Assembly (NCBI GenBank): GCA_964350985.1
Contig: CAYGLK010000001.1
Span: 292,528-356,527, forward strand
Direction: 5' to 3'
Origin: an uncultured Candidatus Saccharibacteria bacterium
Lineage (GTDB): Bacteria; Patescibacteriota; Minisyncoccia; Phycocordibacterales; UBA918
DNA: 64,000 nt
The translations under genes were made by a program, and so were the position numbers. Positions 20,111 to 30,819 of this stretch are shown here, in pieces; position 1 is the stretch's first letter, and the number at the start of each line of letters is the position of its first letter. The notes under the pieces are model-generated. The model was not told the DNA's origin. It was given only the letters and a program-made list of their open reading frames with translations, and did no database searches.

Positions 20111-21079
20111 TTAGCGTGTGGCCGTTTGAATTAAGTGTACTACAAGATCATCGAACTTTAAACCGACAGCGGCTGCTGTTTTGGGATAAAGTGATTCACT
20201 TCCTAAGCTTGGTAGTGTGTTTACTTCTAGAAAGTAAACACCATTTTTATTAATTATAAAGTCACTCCGAGAGTATTGAGATAGGTGTAGGGCTTGGTGA
20301 GCTAATGCAGTTATTTCAGCAATTTTAGCCCTTTCTCCATAAGAAAAAGTAGCTGGACAGATCTCTAGTGAACTACTGTCAGTTTTGGCGGTTGTGTTAT
20401 AGAACTGATGATCTCTACTTACTATGACTTCAATACTTGGAAATACATAAATTAAGTCGTTTCTAAAGTTTTCCAATGTCGCACAAGAAGCTTCCCTTCC
20501 GCGAATAAATTCTTCAACTAAAATATCATCGTAGGTTTCGAGCGATCCTTCTATAGCTTTTGTTAGATTTTCTCCAGCTCGCACTAATTTTATGCCCAGT
20601 GAAGAGCCGTTCTTTGCTGGTTTAATAATATATTCAGGACCAAACGAATCAGTAATTTCTTTAGCGATACTATCTAAGCTCGACTCATCATCTTTTGTTA
20701 TAAGTTTAGACTCTGGCATTAAAACACCATAAGGTGATAAAGTTTTCTTTGTTAAATCTTTATTAAAAGCAATAGCGGAAGAAAATGAATTACTCCCAGT
20801 GAAAGGAATGTTATGTCGTTGAAGAATTTTTTGTACCTGGCCATCTTCTGCATATTCTCCATGTAGAGCAATAAAAGCTAAGTCTACGGACTTTAGAACT
20901 AGCTCAGGATTCTTAACTACTCCATCTTCAAGCCATTCTCCTTGCTTAGTGACAATAATATCTTTTACTCGATAATTGCTTTTCAGTAAAGATTCAATAA
21001 CAGCGGCTCCACTTTTCATGGAAATAGAATAGGCTTCATTTGGTCCACCTCTTAATACTGCTACCTGGAGATGATTCAT
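20111..21079 (-). CDS. ddl: D-alanine--D-alanine ligase family ATP-grasp enzyme (divergent active site)
   Basis: VAVLRGG, ALHG.YAEDG.VQ, IPFTGS, IIKP...GSS.G, VEEFI.GRE, SRSDF, FLEVNTLP. Confidence 0.85.
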   Translation of the reverse strand: MNHLQVAVLRGGPNEAYSISMKSGAAVIESLLKSNYRVKDIIVTKQGEWLEDGVVKNPELVLKSVDLAFIALHGEYAEDGQVQKILQRHNIPFTGSNSFSSAIAFNKDLTKKTLSPYGVLMPESKLITKDDESSLDSIAKEITDSFGPEYIIKPAKNGSSLGIKLVRAGENLTKAIEGSLETYDDILVEEFIRGREASCATLENFRNDLIYVFPSIEVIVSRDHQFYNTTAKTDSSSLEICPATFSYGERAKIAEITALAHQALHLSQYSRSDFIINKNGVYFLEVNTLPSLGSESLYPKTAAAVGLKFDDLVVHLIQTATR

Positions 21080-21126
21080 AAGTAAATTTTAGCACACAAA
21101 CTAAAATGGAGTAGATTAAATTATTG

Positions 21127-22362
21127 TTAATTTCGGATTCTTTTTTGGGCTAGTTTGCGGTAGAAAGTTATGGCAAAACGGTGCGATTCTGAGTTAGCTA
21201 ACAAAATATCGAACTTAAACTTACTAGCGAAGTTACTATTTACTAAAATCTTTGAAGCTTTATGTCTCTCGTCTTTTACAACAGCTGCAACTGGTATCTG
21301 CAAACCCTGGGCACTTAGTACTGCCTCAGCTACTTTCTTTTGTACTTCGTTACCATCAACCACAATTAAGTCTGGCAGGGGCCATTCTGTGTGGTTTAGA
21401 CGCCTTTCAAGGATCTCTCGTAAGGCAGCCGGATCATTAGCTTGTTTGACAGTCTTTAGTTTAAAACGCCTATATTCACTTTTTTGGGGTTCAGAACCAG
21501 AGACTACTACCATCACCCCAACCATATCCTGACCAGCATGATGGGCGACATCATATGCTTCAACTCGAGAGGATAAAGTACCAATGTCAGGTGTTCTGTC
21601 ATTCTTTATTAACGCGATGTCTTCTATGTGTTGCAAGGCAAAAATCTGTCGCTTGATTTGATTTGCCTCTTCAAACAATTCTTGTTTAGCTAATAGATGC
21701 ATCTTTTTCTCTAACTCAGAGATAATCTTTTGCTTCTTTCCTTGGAAAAATAACCGCAGGTGTCTGATAGTCGTTTGGTATTCTTTTTTCTTATCTGGAT
21801 CCGGGTATAAATTAATCTGTCGATTGAAGTTTATTATTCCTTTTGAAAATTTTGATTTTTCAGTTCCAACTGAAACTTTAGTATCATAAAAACGGAATAG
21901 CTTTCTAACTATCTTCAGTGCGTCTCTAAGCATTGTCGGACTAGTAAAAGGTCCAAAATTATCTTTGATGTCTTCTTTTAAGAATTTTTCGGTGATGTCA
22001 CGTCCACGTACTACTAATACCCTAGGCCACTCTTCGTTGGTAATTATGAGGTGGTTGTAGCTTTTATCATCCTTGCTTTTTGTATTGTAAACAGGCTTAT
22101 GTGAACGAATTAAATTAGTCTCTAGAATAAGAGCCTCGAGCACGCTGTCAGTCTCTGTAAATTCAATTGAGAGAGTCTCGTCTACCATTTTTTTGATCAA
22201 GAGTGATCTTTTTTCAACAATATCATTAGAAAAATAGCTCCTGACTCTGTTTTTAAGTGAGGTAGCTTTCCCGATATAGAGAATTTTTTTATTTTTACCC
22301 AAAAAGTAATAAACCCCTGGATTATTAGGAAGTTTATATTTAGTTAAATCACTAGCTTTCAT
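21127..22362 (-). CDS. uvrC: Excinuclease ABC subunit C (short form)
   Basis: GIY-YIG (PGVY...YIGKA.SLKNRVRSYF), UvrB-binding coil (FEEA..IK.QI), RNase H-like part (EAYDVAH, PDLIVVDG, ESHRFAI). No C-terminal HhH seen. Start set at MKASD. Confidence 0.9.
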   Translation of the reverse strand: MKASDLTKYKLPNNPGVYYFLGKNKKILYIGKATSLKNRVRSYFSNDIVEKRSLLIKKMVDETLSIEFTETDSVLEALILETNLIRSHKPVYNTKSKDDKSYNHLIITNEEWPRVLVVRGRDITEKFLKEDIKDNFGPFTSPTMLRDALKIVRKLFRFYDTKVSVGTEKSKFSKGIINFNRQINLYPDPDKKKEYQTTIRHLRLFFQGKKQKIISELEKKMHLLAKQELFEEANQIKRQIFALQHIEDIALIKNDRTPDIGTLSSRVEAYDVAHHAGQDMVGVMVVVSGSEPQKSEYRRFKLKTVKQANDPAALREILERRLNHTEWPLPDLIVVDGNEVQKKVAEAVLSAQGLQIPVAAVVKDERHKASKILVNSNFASKFKFDILLANSESHRFAITFYRKLAQKRIRN

Positions 22363-22415
22363 TTCTTTTATTATTAACTTAAATACACTCTTCTGCAACA
22401 ACTAGCTCCAGGTAA

Positions 22416-22448
22416 CAAAAAATCCTAGGGTGACCCTAGGATTTTTTG
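22416..22448. terminator. Terminator-like palindrome
   Basis: CAAAAAATCCTAGGGT-G-ACCCTAGGATTTTTTG. Confidence 0.65.
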
Positions 22449-22501
22449 CTTTTAGTTTTAAACTACGCTCTCCTAAAATATCCTCTTAGTATAAATAAGT
22501 C

Positions 22502-22656
22502 GTCATATCATACATGATATGACCTTCGTATCATGTATGATACGATCCTGTCATTCTCAATAGAAATCCATGAGCGGGTCTATGTAAATTTTGATTTATC
22601 TATCCTCAATGATAGATAAACAAGTTATCAAAATTCCAAGGTCGGGCCTTGGAATT
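22502..22656. repeat. Cluster of short palindromes, two types shared with 54468-54620
   Basis: GTCATATCATACATGATATGAC; TCGTATCATGTATGATACGA; TTTATCTATCCTCAATGATAGATAAA; AATTCCAAGGTCGGGCCTTGGAATT. Confidence 0.8.
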
Positions 22657-22687
22657 AAGAAAGTAAATCAAATTTTATAATACTTTT

Positions 22688-25327
22688 TTACAACACTTTC
22701 TTCAGGTATTGTCCGGTATAGGAGTCTTTATTAGCAGCTACTTGTTCTGGGGTTCCTTTGGCAACTATATTTCCGCCACCTAAACCTCCTTCAGGTCCGA
22801 CATCTATGATGTAGTCAGCACACTTTACCAAGTCTAGATTGTGTTCAATGACCATTACTGAATTACCTTGGTTTACTAATTTTTGGAGGATTTCAATTAA
22901 TTTTTTAACATCATCGTAATGAAGCCCAATAGTTGGTTCATCGAGCATATAAAGTGTCTTTTGAGTATGTGGCTTATAGAGCTCAGAAGCGATCTTAACT
23001 CGCTGTGCTTCACCGCCAGAAAGAGTGGTAGCACTTTGCCCTAGCTCTAAGTACCCCAGTCCTACTTCAATTAATGAACCAAGGCGTTCTTCAATTGAAG
23101 GTACATCTTGAAAGAATCTATGTGCTTCTTCAATAGTCATATGTAACACCTCCCAGATATTTTTCTTTCGGTAAGTTACCTCTAAAGTCTCTTTAGTAAA
23201 ACGCTTTCCATCACAGACATCACAAGTAACGTAAACTGTAGGCAAGAAGTGCATCTCTACCGCGATCTCTCCGTTACCCTGACAAGCTTCACAACGGCCA
23301 CCTTTAACATTGAAACTAAAGCGCCCTGGCTTCCAACCTCTGGCTCTAGCTTCGCCTGAGGCTGCGAACATATCACGGATGTGAGTGAAAGCACCTGTGT
23401 AAGTAGCTGGGTTACTACGTGGAGTTCTTCCAATTGGTGACTGGTCGATCAAGCAAGAACGCCCGATGTATTCTGTACCAGTAAAAGTTGAACAATTATA
23501 TGTATGCGGAGTACGATGTTTTTTATCTAATCGAGACTTGAGGTTCCGATCGACTATCTCATACATGAAGGTAGACTTACCCGATCCAGAGACTCCAGTA
23601 ACGCAAACTAATTTTCCTAAAGGAATATCAACATTAAGGTTTTTAATATTAAATATTTTTCCACCTCTAATCTTAATCGAACCTTTTTCACTCTCGCGTC
23701 TATCTGGTACAGCAATTTTTTTATCACCACGAAGATAATCTAAGGTCACTGACTTGGTATTATTTTTCGGTGCTGCTAAGAGTTTATCCAAATAATCAGC
23801 CACCATAACTTCCCCGCCATGAACTCCGGCTCCAGGTCCAATGTCGATCAGATAGTCAGCAGCATAGATTGTGTCCTCATCATGCTCAACTACAATAATT
23901 GTATTACCTAGATCCCGAAGTTCAGTCAAAGTCTTGATCAAACGATCGTTATCGCGTTGATGCAGACCAATAGTCGGCTCATCAAGAACATATAGTGCTC
24001 CTACAAGCCCTGAACCAAGCTGTGAAGCCAGTCTAATACGTTGTGCTTCTCCACCCGAGAGCGTGTTAGCGCGACGTTCTAGGGTTAGATACTGAATACC
24101 AACATTATTCATAAACTGAAGCCGTTCAATAATTTCACGAAGAGCTGGCCAAGCTATATCTTGTTGTTTTTTAGAAAGTTTTAGTCCGTCAATAAACTTA
24201 GTCGCTTCAGCGACGGTCATGTGAGTAAAAGCAACGATATTGATACCAAGATCTTTTTTACCGTCACCTCCAAGATAAACTCGAAGAGCTTCAGGACGAA
24301 GCCGCGCTCCCTTACAAACAGGACATTCGTCACTTTGAAAGATACCGACAACTCCAAGTCCGTTACATTCAGGACAGGCTCCGTAGGGTGAGTTAAATGA
24401 AAATAGTCTGGGTTCTACTTCAGGAAAAGAAGAACCATCTATTGGACAAATAAACTTTGCTGACATCGTTCGAGATGTACCATCAGGACTTTCAATTTTT
24501 ACCAGGCCACCAGATTCTTCTAAGGCTCTTTCAACTGCTTCAGAAAGTCTTTCTCGAGAGTTTCGTGAATCATCAGTAAATTCACTAACGTATATTTCGT
24601 CAACTAAAACATCAATATCGTGCCTTTTTGTCTTAGTTAACTCAATTTTCTCTCGTAGCTGTTTTACTACGCCGTCAATTTTAACGACTTCATATCCTTT
24701 TCCAAGTAGATCATAAAGTAATTGGTAGTATTCTCCCTTACGTCCTACTACTACAGGTGAGAAAATAGACACTCGCCCCTTTGAAAGCTCTATACCCATC
24801 ACTTTTTGTGAACTTTTTTTCTCGGCTGCTTTTACTTCTTTATCTTCAATAGATTGAAGAATAATACTTAAAATTTCATCTTGAGAAAGACGCATGATTG
24901 GAACATCTACATCTAGGCAGTAAGGTTGTCCGACTCGAGCATAAAGAATACGAAGATAGTCGTAGATCTCGGTTATAGTGGCTACAGTTGAACGCGGGTT
25001 TCTAGAGGCTGACTTTTGATCAATTGAAATAGCTGGCGAGAGACCACTAATTTCATCAACGTCTGGTTTTTGTAGCTTATTTAAAAATTGTCTCGCATAA
25101 GGAGATAATGATTCAACATAACGTCTCTGACCTTCAGCAAAGATAGTATCGAAAGCCAACGATGACTTACCTGAACCAGAAGGTCCAGTGATAGCAATCA
25201 TCTTTCCACGCGGCATCTCAACATCAATATTCTTTAAGTTGTGAGTACGGGCACCGCGAATAACTATCTTGTTTCCAGGTGTATCTGACTCCAGTGCTTG
25301 TTTTTTAGTATTTTTTTTATCAGCCAT
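22688..25327 (-). CDS. uvrA: Excinuclease ABC subunit A
   Basis: GARTHNLKN, two Walker A motifs ([18 protein letters not shown]), LSGGEAQR twice, zinc fingers. Confidence 0.98.
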   Translation of the reverse strand: MADKKNTKKQALESDTPGNKIVIRGARTHNLKNIDVEMPRGKMIAITGPSGSGKSSLAFDTIFAEGQRRYVESLSPYARQFLNKLQKPDVDEISGLSPAISIDQKSASRNPRSTVATITEIYDYLRILYARVGQPYCLDVDVPIMRLSQDEILSIILQSIEDKEVKAAEKKSSQKVMGIELSKGRVSIFSPVVVGRKGEYYQLLYDLLGKGYEVVKIDGVVKQLREKIELTKTKRHDIDVLVDEIYVSEFTDDSRNSRERLSEAVERALEESGGLVKIESPDGTSRTMSAKFICPIDGSSFPEVEPRLFSFNSPYGACPECNGLGVVGIFQSDECPVCKGARLRPEALRVYLGGDGKKDLGINIVAFTHMTVAEATKFIDGLKLSKKQQDIAWPALREIIERLQFMNNVGIQYLTLERRANTLSGGEAQRIRLASQLGSGLVGALYVLDEPTIGLHQRDNDRLIKTLTELRDLGNTIIVVEHDEDTIYAADYLIDIGPGAGVHGGEVMVADYLDKLLAAPKNNTKSVTLDYLRGDKKIAVPDRRESEKGSIKIRGGKIFNIKNLNVDIPLGKLVCVTGVSGSGKSTFMYEIVDRNLKSRLDKKHRTPHTYNCSTFTGTEYIGRSCLIDQSPIGRTPRSNPATYTGAFTHIRDMFAASGEARARGWKPGRFSFNVKGGRCEACQGNGEIAVEMHFLPTVYVTCDVCDGKRFTKETLEVTYRKKNIWEVLHMTIEEAHRFFQDVPSIEERLGSLIEVGLGYLELGQSATTLSGGEAQRVKIASELYKPHTQKTLYMLDEPTIGLHYDDVKKLIEILQKLVNQGNSVMVIEHNLDLVKCADYIIDVGPEGGLGGGNIVAKGTPEQVAANKDSYTGQYLKKVL

Positions 25328-25401
25328 AACCTACTTCAGCAAACAGCTGAATTTAAAGTTTTCTCATTATAACGGTTATTCCTTTAGTCTGCAAAATAAG
25401 C

Positions 25402-27723
25402 TTATTTTACTCCCTCAACTAGCAGTGGGGATTTACGACGAGCTTTGATCATTTGTGCCAATAGCAATAAGATAAAACCAAGAGCAACCAAACCGACTGA
25501 TCCAATAATAATACTACTTGATACAATCTTTTCTCTTTCTCTAGATATTTCTGATTCTAATCCATTTAATGCAGCTGCGCTTAGGTTAGTGTTTTTAGCA
25601 GAATAAGTAAATTCATTTGAACTAACAACTAGTTTTCCTTCATTATTTGGCAAGGCAGCAACGACGGTAACTGGTAAATTTGCTGGCTGGTTTTCCAGTG
25701 AGTAAGAGAAATTACCAACATCATTTGATTTTGTAATTCCAATAATTCCACTATTCTTGGAAATTATATGGGTATGAGCATTTGGTAAAGTTTTACCTTG
25801 AACATTATAAATAAACTTCTCATTCTTGTTTTGATCTTTTATAATTTGCTGCTCAATAGAAAGAAGGTCAATGACACTAGTTTGAGTCACTTGTGTTTTT
25901 AAACTGTTCGCTGGATCAGGATTCTGTGATACGTCTGAATTTTGTGGATCAAACAAATTTATCACCTCTACTCCGTCTATGATCCCGTCTTGATCAGTGT
26001 CAGCGACACTTGGATTAGTTTTAAAGTTTATTAGTTCATCATAATCAGAGATTCCGTCATAGTCTGTATCTCTTGCAATTAAATTATTTGAAGATTGTTT
26101 TAGTTGTAATTCTTTTTGTTCAATCTGACTTAACAAAATATCCAGACGATTTAAAAATACTGTCTCTAAAGCAGAATTCAAGTACCTACCATTTTTTTCA
26201 TTTATTGAAGCGTAGAGCTGATTTTTATAATATTTTACTAAGTTATCCTTAGCTAATACAGTAAGAAAACTACTATCTGTTTGTAGAGAAGCAGCGTATG
26301 TCAGAGTTAGGTAGTCTAGTTCTTCTGACCTTTCATTTAAGGCTTGTTCTATAATATTAGTCTGAGTACTGTCGATAAGCTGATCCTCTGTTGAGGAGTC
26401 AATAATTGAGTTATTACTTGAAAAATAACTTAATCTAGCTTCGTTTGAAGATGAGATATCTTCTAATGCTAGGTTAACTTTTTTAACTAAAATTGCTAAG
26501 TCTTCGTCACGGAGACTATTTTGCGACACGGTTAAATTTGGTCTGTAATTAATACCGGTTGATTGTATTTCGGTGTTTCCTTCTGAAAAAGCAGCATAAA
26601 TAAACATTTGTCTGCTTGGTAACTCTAGAGCCGACATGCTTAGATACCAAATACTTTGAACTAAAGTAGCTTCTCCTAAATAAAGTCTGTTTTGAGATCC
26701 AGGAACTACTCCATAGACCTGAACTGTGTCTGGGGCAAAATTTCCAGTTGAAATCTCAAGAAACTCTGCTCCGTTATTCTTTTCAAGTCGAACTGAGAAT
26801 ATATCTTTATTTAGATCTGGCAGTGGTACTTCAGTTACTTCTTCTCCGTCTTCTGGTTCCACTTCAGCTTCAACTTCAACCCCTTCGTCAGTACTAGTTG
26901 AAGAATCTAAGTCTGTAGTCGTTGAGATGTTTTCAGCTTGAACTAATTCCAAACTTAGTTGTGTCAAAGCAGTTACTTCAACCTCTTTATCTACTACTTG
27001 AAATTCGGGACCTTTAAAAAAGTACTCTATTCCATTCTCTGCCCGAGTTGCAGCTGAAACTATATAGGTTCCAGAAGACAAACTACTTCCAGGTATCAAG
27101 TAACGGTATTTTCCAAGTTCAATTTCTTCAACTGGTTTTAATGATGTTTGACTACCATCTGTAACTGAATTTAAATAAACATCAACATTATTACTATTTG
27201 ATACCTGAACTAAAATGTCATTGTTTGATTCTAGTGTTCTTGGTAGTGAATTAAGAAAATCAACTTCCGGTGCTTGTGGTGTTAGTTGTGTATCTACAAC
27301 TTCATCACATAAACTGGTGCTACACAAAAGTGCTGCTGCATTTAACCCGAGATCTTTGTCTGCTAAATAACCGAAACTTGCAAAGGCGATACCGACAAAA
27401 ACAAAAGCATATCCAGCCACCTTTGTGGCTCTGGTTACATATCTTGGTAAGGTTTCGTCATACCACATTTTGTATAACTCAACTTTTTCTAAAAGACGTA
27501 AGCTGGCCGAAGAAGGCACTTTGATTTCCTCAGTGACATTTTCCGTTGTGATCTTTTTAACGTTAGAGCTAGTTTTAGGTTTTTTAAGATTAACTTTTTT
27601 AAGGTTTTTTACTTTCTCGGTGACTTTTTTTTGAGATTTTTTAGGCTTCAGACTAACAGCCGTTTTTGGTGAAACTTTTTTACCTAAGTTCTTTTCTAGC
27701 TTATTTTCTGCCTTGCTACCCAT
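25402..27723 (-). CDS. Large surface protein with two TM anchors and Asp-rich Ca-binding (thrombospondin type 3-like) repeats
   Basis: Lys-rich N-terminus, TM near aa 103-120, DTDYDGISDYDE and DTDQDGIIDGVE repeats, Ig-like segments, C-terminal TM with basic tail. Confidence 0.65.
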   Translation of the reverse strand: MGSKAENKLEKNLGKKVSPKTAVSLKPKKSQKKVTEKVKNLKKVNLKKPKTSSNVKKITTENVTEEIKVPSSASLRLLEKVELYKMWYDETLPRYVTRATKVAGYAFVFVGIAFASFGYLADKDLGLNAAALLCSTSLCDEVVDTQLTPQAPEVDFLNSLPRTLESNNDILVQVSNSNNVDVYLNSVTDGSQTSLKPVEEIELGKYRYLIPGSSLSSGTYIVSAATRAENGIEYFFKGPEFQVVDKEVEVTALTQLSLELVQAENISTTTDLDSSTSTDEGVEVEAEVEPEDGEEVTEVPLPDLNKDIFSVRLEKNNGAEFLEISTGNFAPDTVQVYGVVPGSQNRLYLGEATLVQSIWYLSMSALELPSRQMFIYAAFSEGNTEIQSTGINYRPNLTVSQNSLRDEDLAILVKKVNLALEDISSSNEARLSYFSSNNSIIDSSTEDQLIDSTQTNIIEQALNERSEELDYLTLTYAASLQTDSSFLTVLAKDNLVKYYKNQLYASINEKNGRYLNSALETVFLNRLDILLSQIEQKELQLKQSSNNLIARDTDYDGISDYDELINFKTNPSVADTDQDGIIDGVEVINLFDPQNSDVSQNPDPANSLKTQVTQTSVIDLLSIEQQIIKDQNKNEKFIYNVQGKTLPNAHTHIISKNSGIIGITKSNDVGNFSYSLENQPANLPVTVVAALPNNEGKLVVSSNEFTYSAKNTNLSAAALNGLESEISREREKIVSSSIIIGSVGLVALGFILLLLAQMIKARRKSPLLVEGVK

Positions 27724-27759
27724 TTGTTTAAATTATACACTCTTCTTTACCTTTTTTGG

Positions 27760-29835
27760 TTATTTATTAACGTTTTTTGTCTTCTTTTCCGCCTTTGCTT
27801 TAGCTTTTATATTCTTTTGCTGTTGGTCCAAAAGTGTCTTTATTTCATCTCGCAAAATAGCTGCTGTCTCAAAATCTAAAATTGACACGGCTTCGTCCAT
27901 CAATCGCTTCTTTTCTTTCAAAAATGATTTTGGATTTTTTAGGAAAAGGTCCATATCAACCTTAAGCAGACTATCTACAGTCTCGTCATGATTAGTGCGC
28001 ATTTGGTCAGTAATTGACTTAATTTCTTTTGCAATTGATTTTGGGGTGATGTTGTTTTTTTTATTATACTCCAACTGTAAATCACGTCGGCGGTTTGTCT
28101 CTCCTATTGCTTTATCAAGAGCTGGCGTCATTTCGTCAGCATATAAGACTACTCTACCCTTTATGTTTCTGGCAGCACGACCAATAGTCTGAATTAGAGC
28201 TGTTTCACTGCGGAGGAAACCTTGCTTATCAGCGTCAAGAATAGCTACAAGTTCAACTTCAGGTAAATCTAAGCCTTCTCGAAGTAAGTTTACCCCTACT
28301 AGACAATCGAATTTACCTCGTCTGAAGTCAGTTAGTATCTCAATTCTCTCAATCGTATCGACATCACTGTGAATATACTTAGTGTTAATTCCCTTTTCCG
28401 TTAAGAACTCTGATAGATCTTCAGCCATTTTTTTGGTTAAGGTTGTAGTCAAGACTCTGGCACCAGTACTTATTACTTTGACAGCTTCATCAATAAAATC
28501 TTTTACCTGACCTTTATAGTCACCTTCTTCAGTTATCTTGCGAATATCAATAACAGGATCCACTAATCCAGTTGGTCTAATCACTTGTTCTACCATTGGT
28601 AACTTACTCAAAGATGCTTGTTCATATTCATACTTTCCTGGTGTGGCTGAAGTATAAATTCTTTGGCCAACCCGCTCCTCAAATTCTGAAAACTTAAGTG
28701 GTCGGTTATCGACAGCACTTGGTAGTCTAAAACCAAACTCTACTAAAGTGTCTTTTCGAGAACGGTCACCAGCGTACATACCGTTTATTTGTGGTACAGC
28801 AACGTGTGACTCATCAATGATAGTCAAGAAGTCAGGCTTTCCATCTTTTGTCTGAGGAAAATATGACAGTAGCGTATAAGGAGCTTCGCCTGACTTACGT
28901 CTATCAAAGTGTCGTGAATAATTTTCAATACCATTACAATAACCAACTTCACGCATTAAAGCTAAGTCATGCTGTGTCCGTCGTCGCAATCTTTCGGCTT
29001 CAAGTAACTTCCCTTCTTTTTTAAATTTTTTGAGCTGTTCGTCTAATTCCATCTGAATATCCATAATAGCTACTTTTCGTTCAGCTTCTGGGGTAACAAA
29101 GTGTTTGGCTGGAAATAAGAAAAAACTTTCTGGTTCTTCAATAATTTCTCGAGTAATGGCATCAATTTTTGTAATGTGACTGACTGTGTTACCGCTAAAA
29201 TTAAGTCGATAGATTACTCTTTCATTGGTTGGCATTACTTCCACAGCATTTCCTAGCGCGCGAAAATTTCCTGGAGTAAGGTCAGCATTAGTCCGTTCAA
29301 AATACATTCCGATTAGAGTTCGAAGTAACTCCATTCGCGAAGTCTCATAGCCTCTCTCTAGCTTTAAATGTCGCTTTAGATATTCGGCTGGTGCACCAAG
29401 TCCATAAATACAAGAAACTGAAGCCACGATGATAACGTCTTTTCTGGTTAAAAGAGCTTGGGTAGAAGCATGACGAAGTCGGTCAATTTCTTCATTGATT
29501 TGAGCTTCTTTTTCAATATAAGTATCTGAGGTAGGCATATAGGCCTCAGGTTGGTAGTAATCGTAGTATGAAACGAAATAATGGACAGCGTTGTCAGGGA
29601 AAAAGTCTCGGTATTCTTGAGCAAGTTGAGCCGCCAATGTCTTATTGTGAGCAATAACAAGAGTGGGCTTCTGAATTTGTTGGATAACGTTGGCAGCTGT
29701 GTATGTCTTACCTGATCCAGTAACACCAAAAAGAGTCTGGTGCTTGTGTCCAGCTTTTATTCCCTTTACCAAACTAGCAATCGCTTTAGGCTGATCTCCT
29801 GCTGGTGTTTTGTCTGTTGCGAGCTTGAATTCCAT
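27760..29835 (-). CDS. uvrB: Excinuclease ABC subunit B
   Basis: PAGDQPKAI, GVTGSGKT, HNKTLAAQL, YYDYYQPEAY, DESH, NLLREGLDLPEV, C-terminal FE.AA.LRD. Confidence 0.98.
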   Translation of the reverse strand: MEFKLATDKTPAGDQPKAIASLVKGIKAGHKHQTLFGVTGSGKTYTAANVIQQIQKPTLVIAHNKTLAAQLAQEYRDFFPDNAVHYFVSYYDYYQPEAYMPTSDTYIEKEAQINEEIDRLRHASTQALLTRKDVIIVASVSCIYGLGAPAEYLKRHLKLERGYETSRMELLRTLIGMYFERTNADLTPGNFRALGNAVEVMPTNERVIYRLNFSGNTVSHITKIDAITREIIEEPESFFLFPAKHFVTPEAERKVAIMDIQMELDEQLKKFKKEGKLLEAERLRRRTQHDLALMREVGYCNGIENYSRHFDRRKSGEAPYTLLSYFPQTKDGKPDFLTIIDESHVAVPQINGMYAGDRSRKDTLVEFGFRLPSAVDNRPLKFSEFEERVGQRIYTSATPGKYEYEQASLSKLPMVEQVIRPTGLVDPVIDIRKITEEGDYKGQVKDFIDEAVKVISTGARVLTTTLTKKMAEDLSEFLTEKGINTKYIHSDVDTIERIEILTDFRRGKFDCLVGVNLLREGLDLPEVELVAILDADKQGFLRSETALIQTIGRAARNIKGRVVLYADEMTPALDKAIGETNRRRDLQLEYNKKNNITPKSIAKEIKSITDQMRTNHDETVDSLLKVDMDLFLKNPKSFLKEKKRLMDEAVSILDFETAAILRDEIKTLLDQQQKNIKAKAKAEKKTKNVNK

Positions 29836-29984
29836 AGCTAGAGTATAGCGTGATATTAATGATTAAAAAAGCAAGATGAGGCATTTACTGTACCTCAATT
29901 ATTTATGGTATTTAAAAAAACAAACACCACCCCGATGAATTGGAATGGTGTAAAATAAAGCTCAATAACAACCCCCAAAGAAAC

Positions 29985-30707
29985 TTAGGTCTGAGGGCCA
30001 ACTTGCGAAAGAACGAACGCAAAACCGTCACTTTTATGCAAAACTTCGCCAGGTTCGACATATTCCAGACAGAGATCGTTGCCTTTTGCATCTCTGCTCG
30101 TGATCAGCATGTGTGGGTTACCGCGATAATCCTTAAAAGGTTCGTGCATCGTGACGATTCTGCGCAAACCCATCTGCTTCAGCTGTTTGTCTGTGAATGT
30201 GTCGCGAATCAAGCAAGCTATCTCCCAGTGAGGCGTAATCCAGCCATTCTCGTTTGCTTGTGATGAAATTTTCTCCCTGGTACAGTTGCCTTCACCCATC
30301 CTGCTGCCGGGACGCAACAAGACTTCATGTGTTGTTCCTGCTTGGGTTTCAACCGGTACGTCTTTTGCGCTACAAAACAAAGGATTCATCGTCCACCTTT
30401 CCAACACAAAACCTCGGCGTTCAAGGTGTTCTCTCCACTGTTTGCGGGTAAAGCCAGTGCTGACAAGAGTAAAACGAACGTTGCCCTCGTCGTCAATAGT
30501 CCATTTGTCGTCGTTAGTAGGCGTCGTCGGAACGACGCTCCCATCTGCGACCATGACAAGTTTTGCTGCCCCTGTCCGTAACAGCCTGATTGCAGAAAAA
30601 TTTTTGCCGGTTGAGAGGTACTCGATATCCTCTTCTGTTCCGTCGCAACTATCAACTGCGTATTCGAGTCTGATTCTTGTTGAGCGATTAATAAGCAACT
30701 TGCTCAT
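29985..30707 (-). CDS. Hypothetical protein, accessory-looking (more GC-rich than neighbours)
   Basis: 240-aa ORF with an AGGAG SD, its own promoter, and a C-terminal ...GFAFV motif. Confidence 0.65.
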   Translation of the reverse strand: MSKLLINRSTRIRLEYAVDSCDGTEEDIEYLSTGKNFSAIRLLRTGAAKLVMVADGSVVPTTPTNDDKWTIDDEGNVRFTLVSTGFTRKQWREHLERRGFVLERWTMNPLFCSAKDVPVETQAGTTHEVLLRPGSRMGEGNCTREKISSQANENGWITPHWEIACLIRDTFTDKQLKQMGLRRIVTMHEPFKDYRGNPHMLITSRDAKGNDLCLEYVEPGEVLHKSDGFAFVLSQVGPQT

Positions 30708-30819
30708 ATCCGTTTCTCCTGGTTGTGTAAGACTACCTATTCTGAATATTGAATGGCCATTTTTGATTTACAATCTTTTCGTCGTTGAGAACAACTCCTG
30801 ATGCCCTAATGCTAAGGCA

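Noticed and set aside
29985-30707. Complete diversity-generating retroelement
   Set aside because: No reverse transcriptase, Avd or template repeat is visible in the window.
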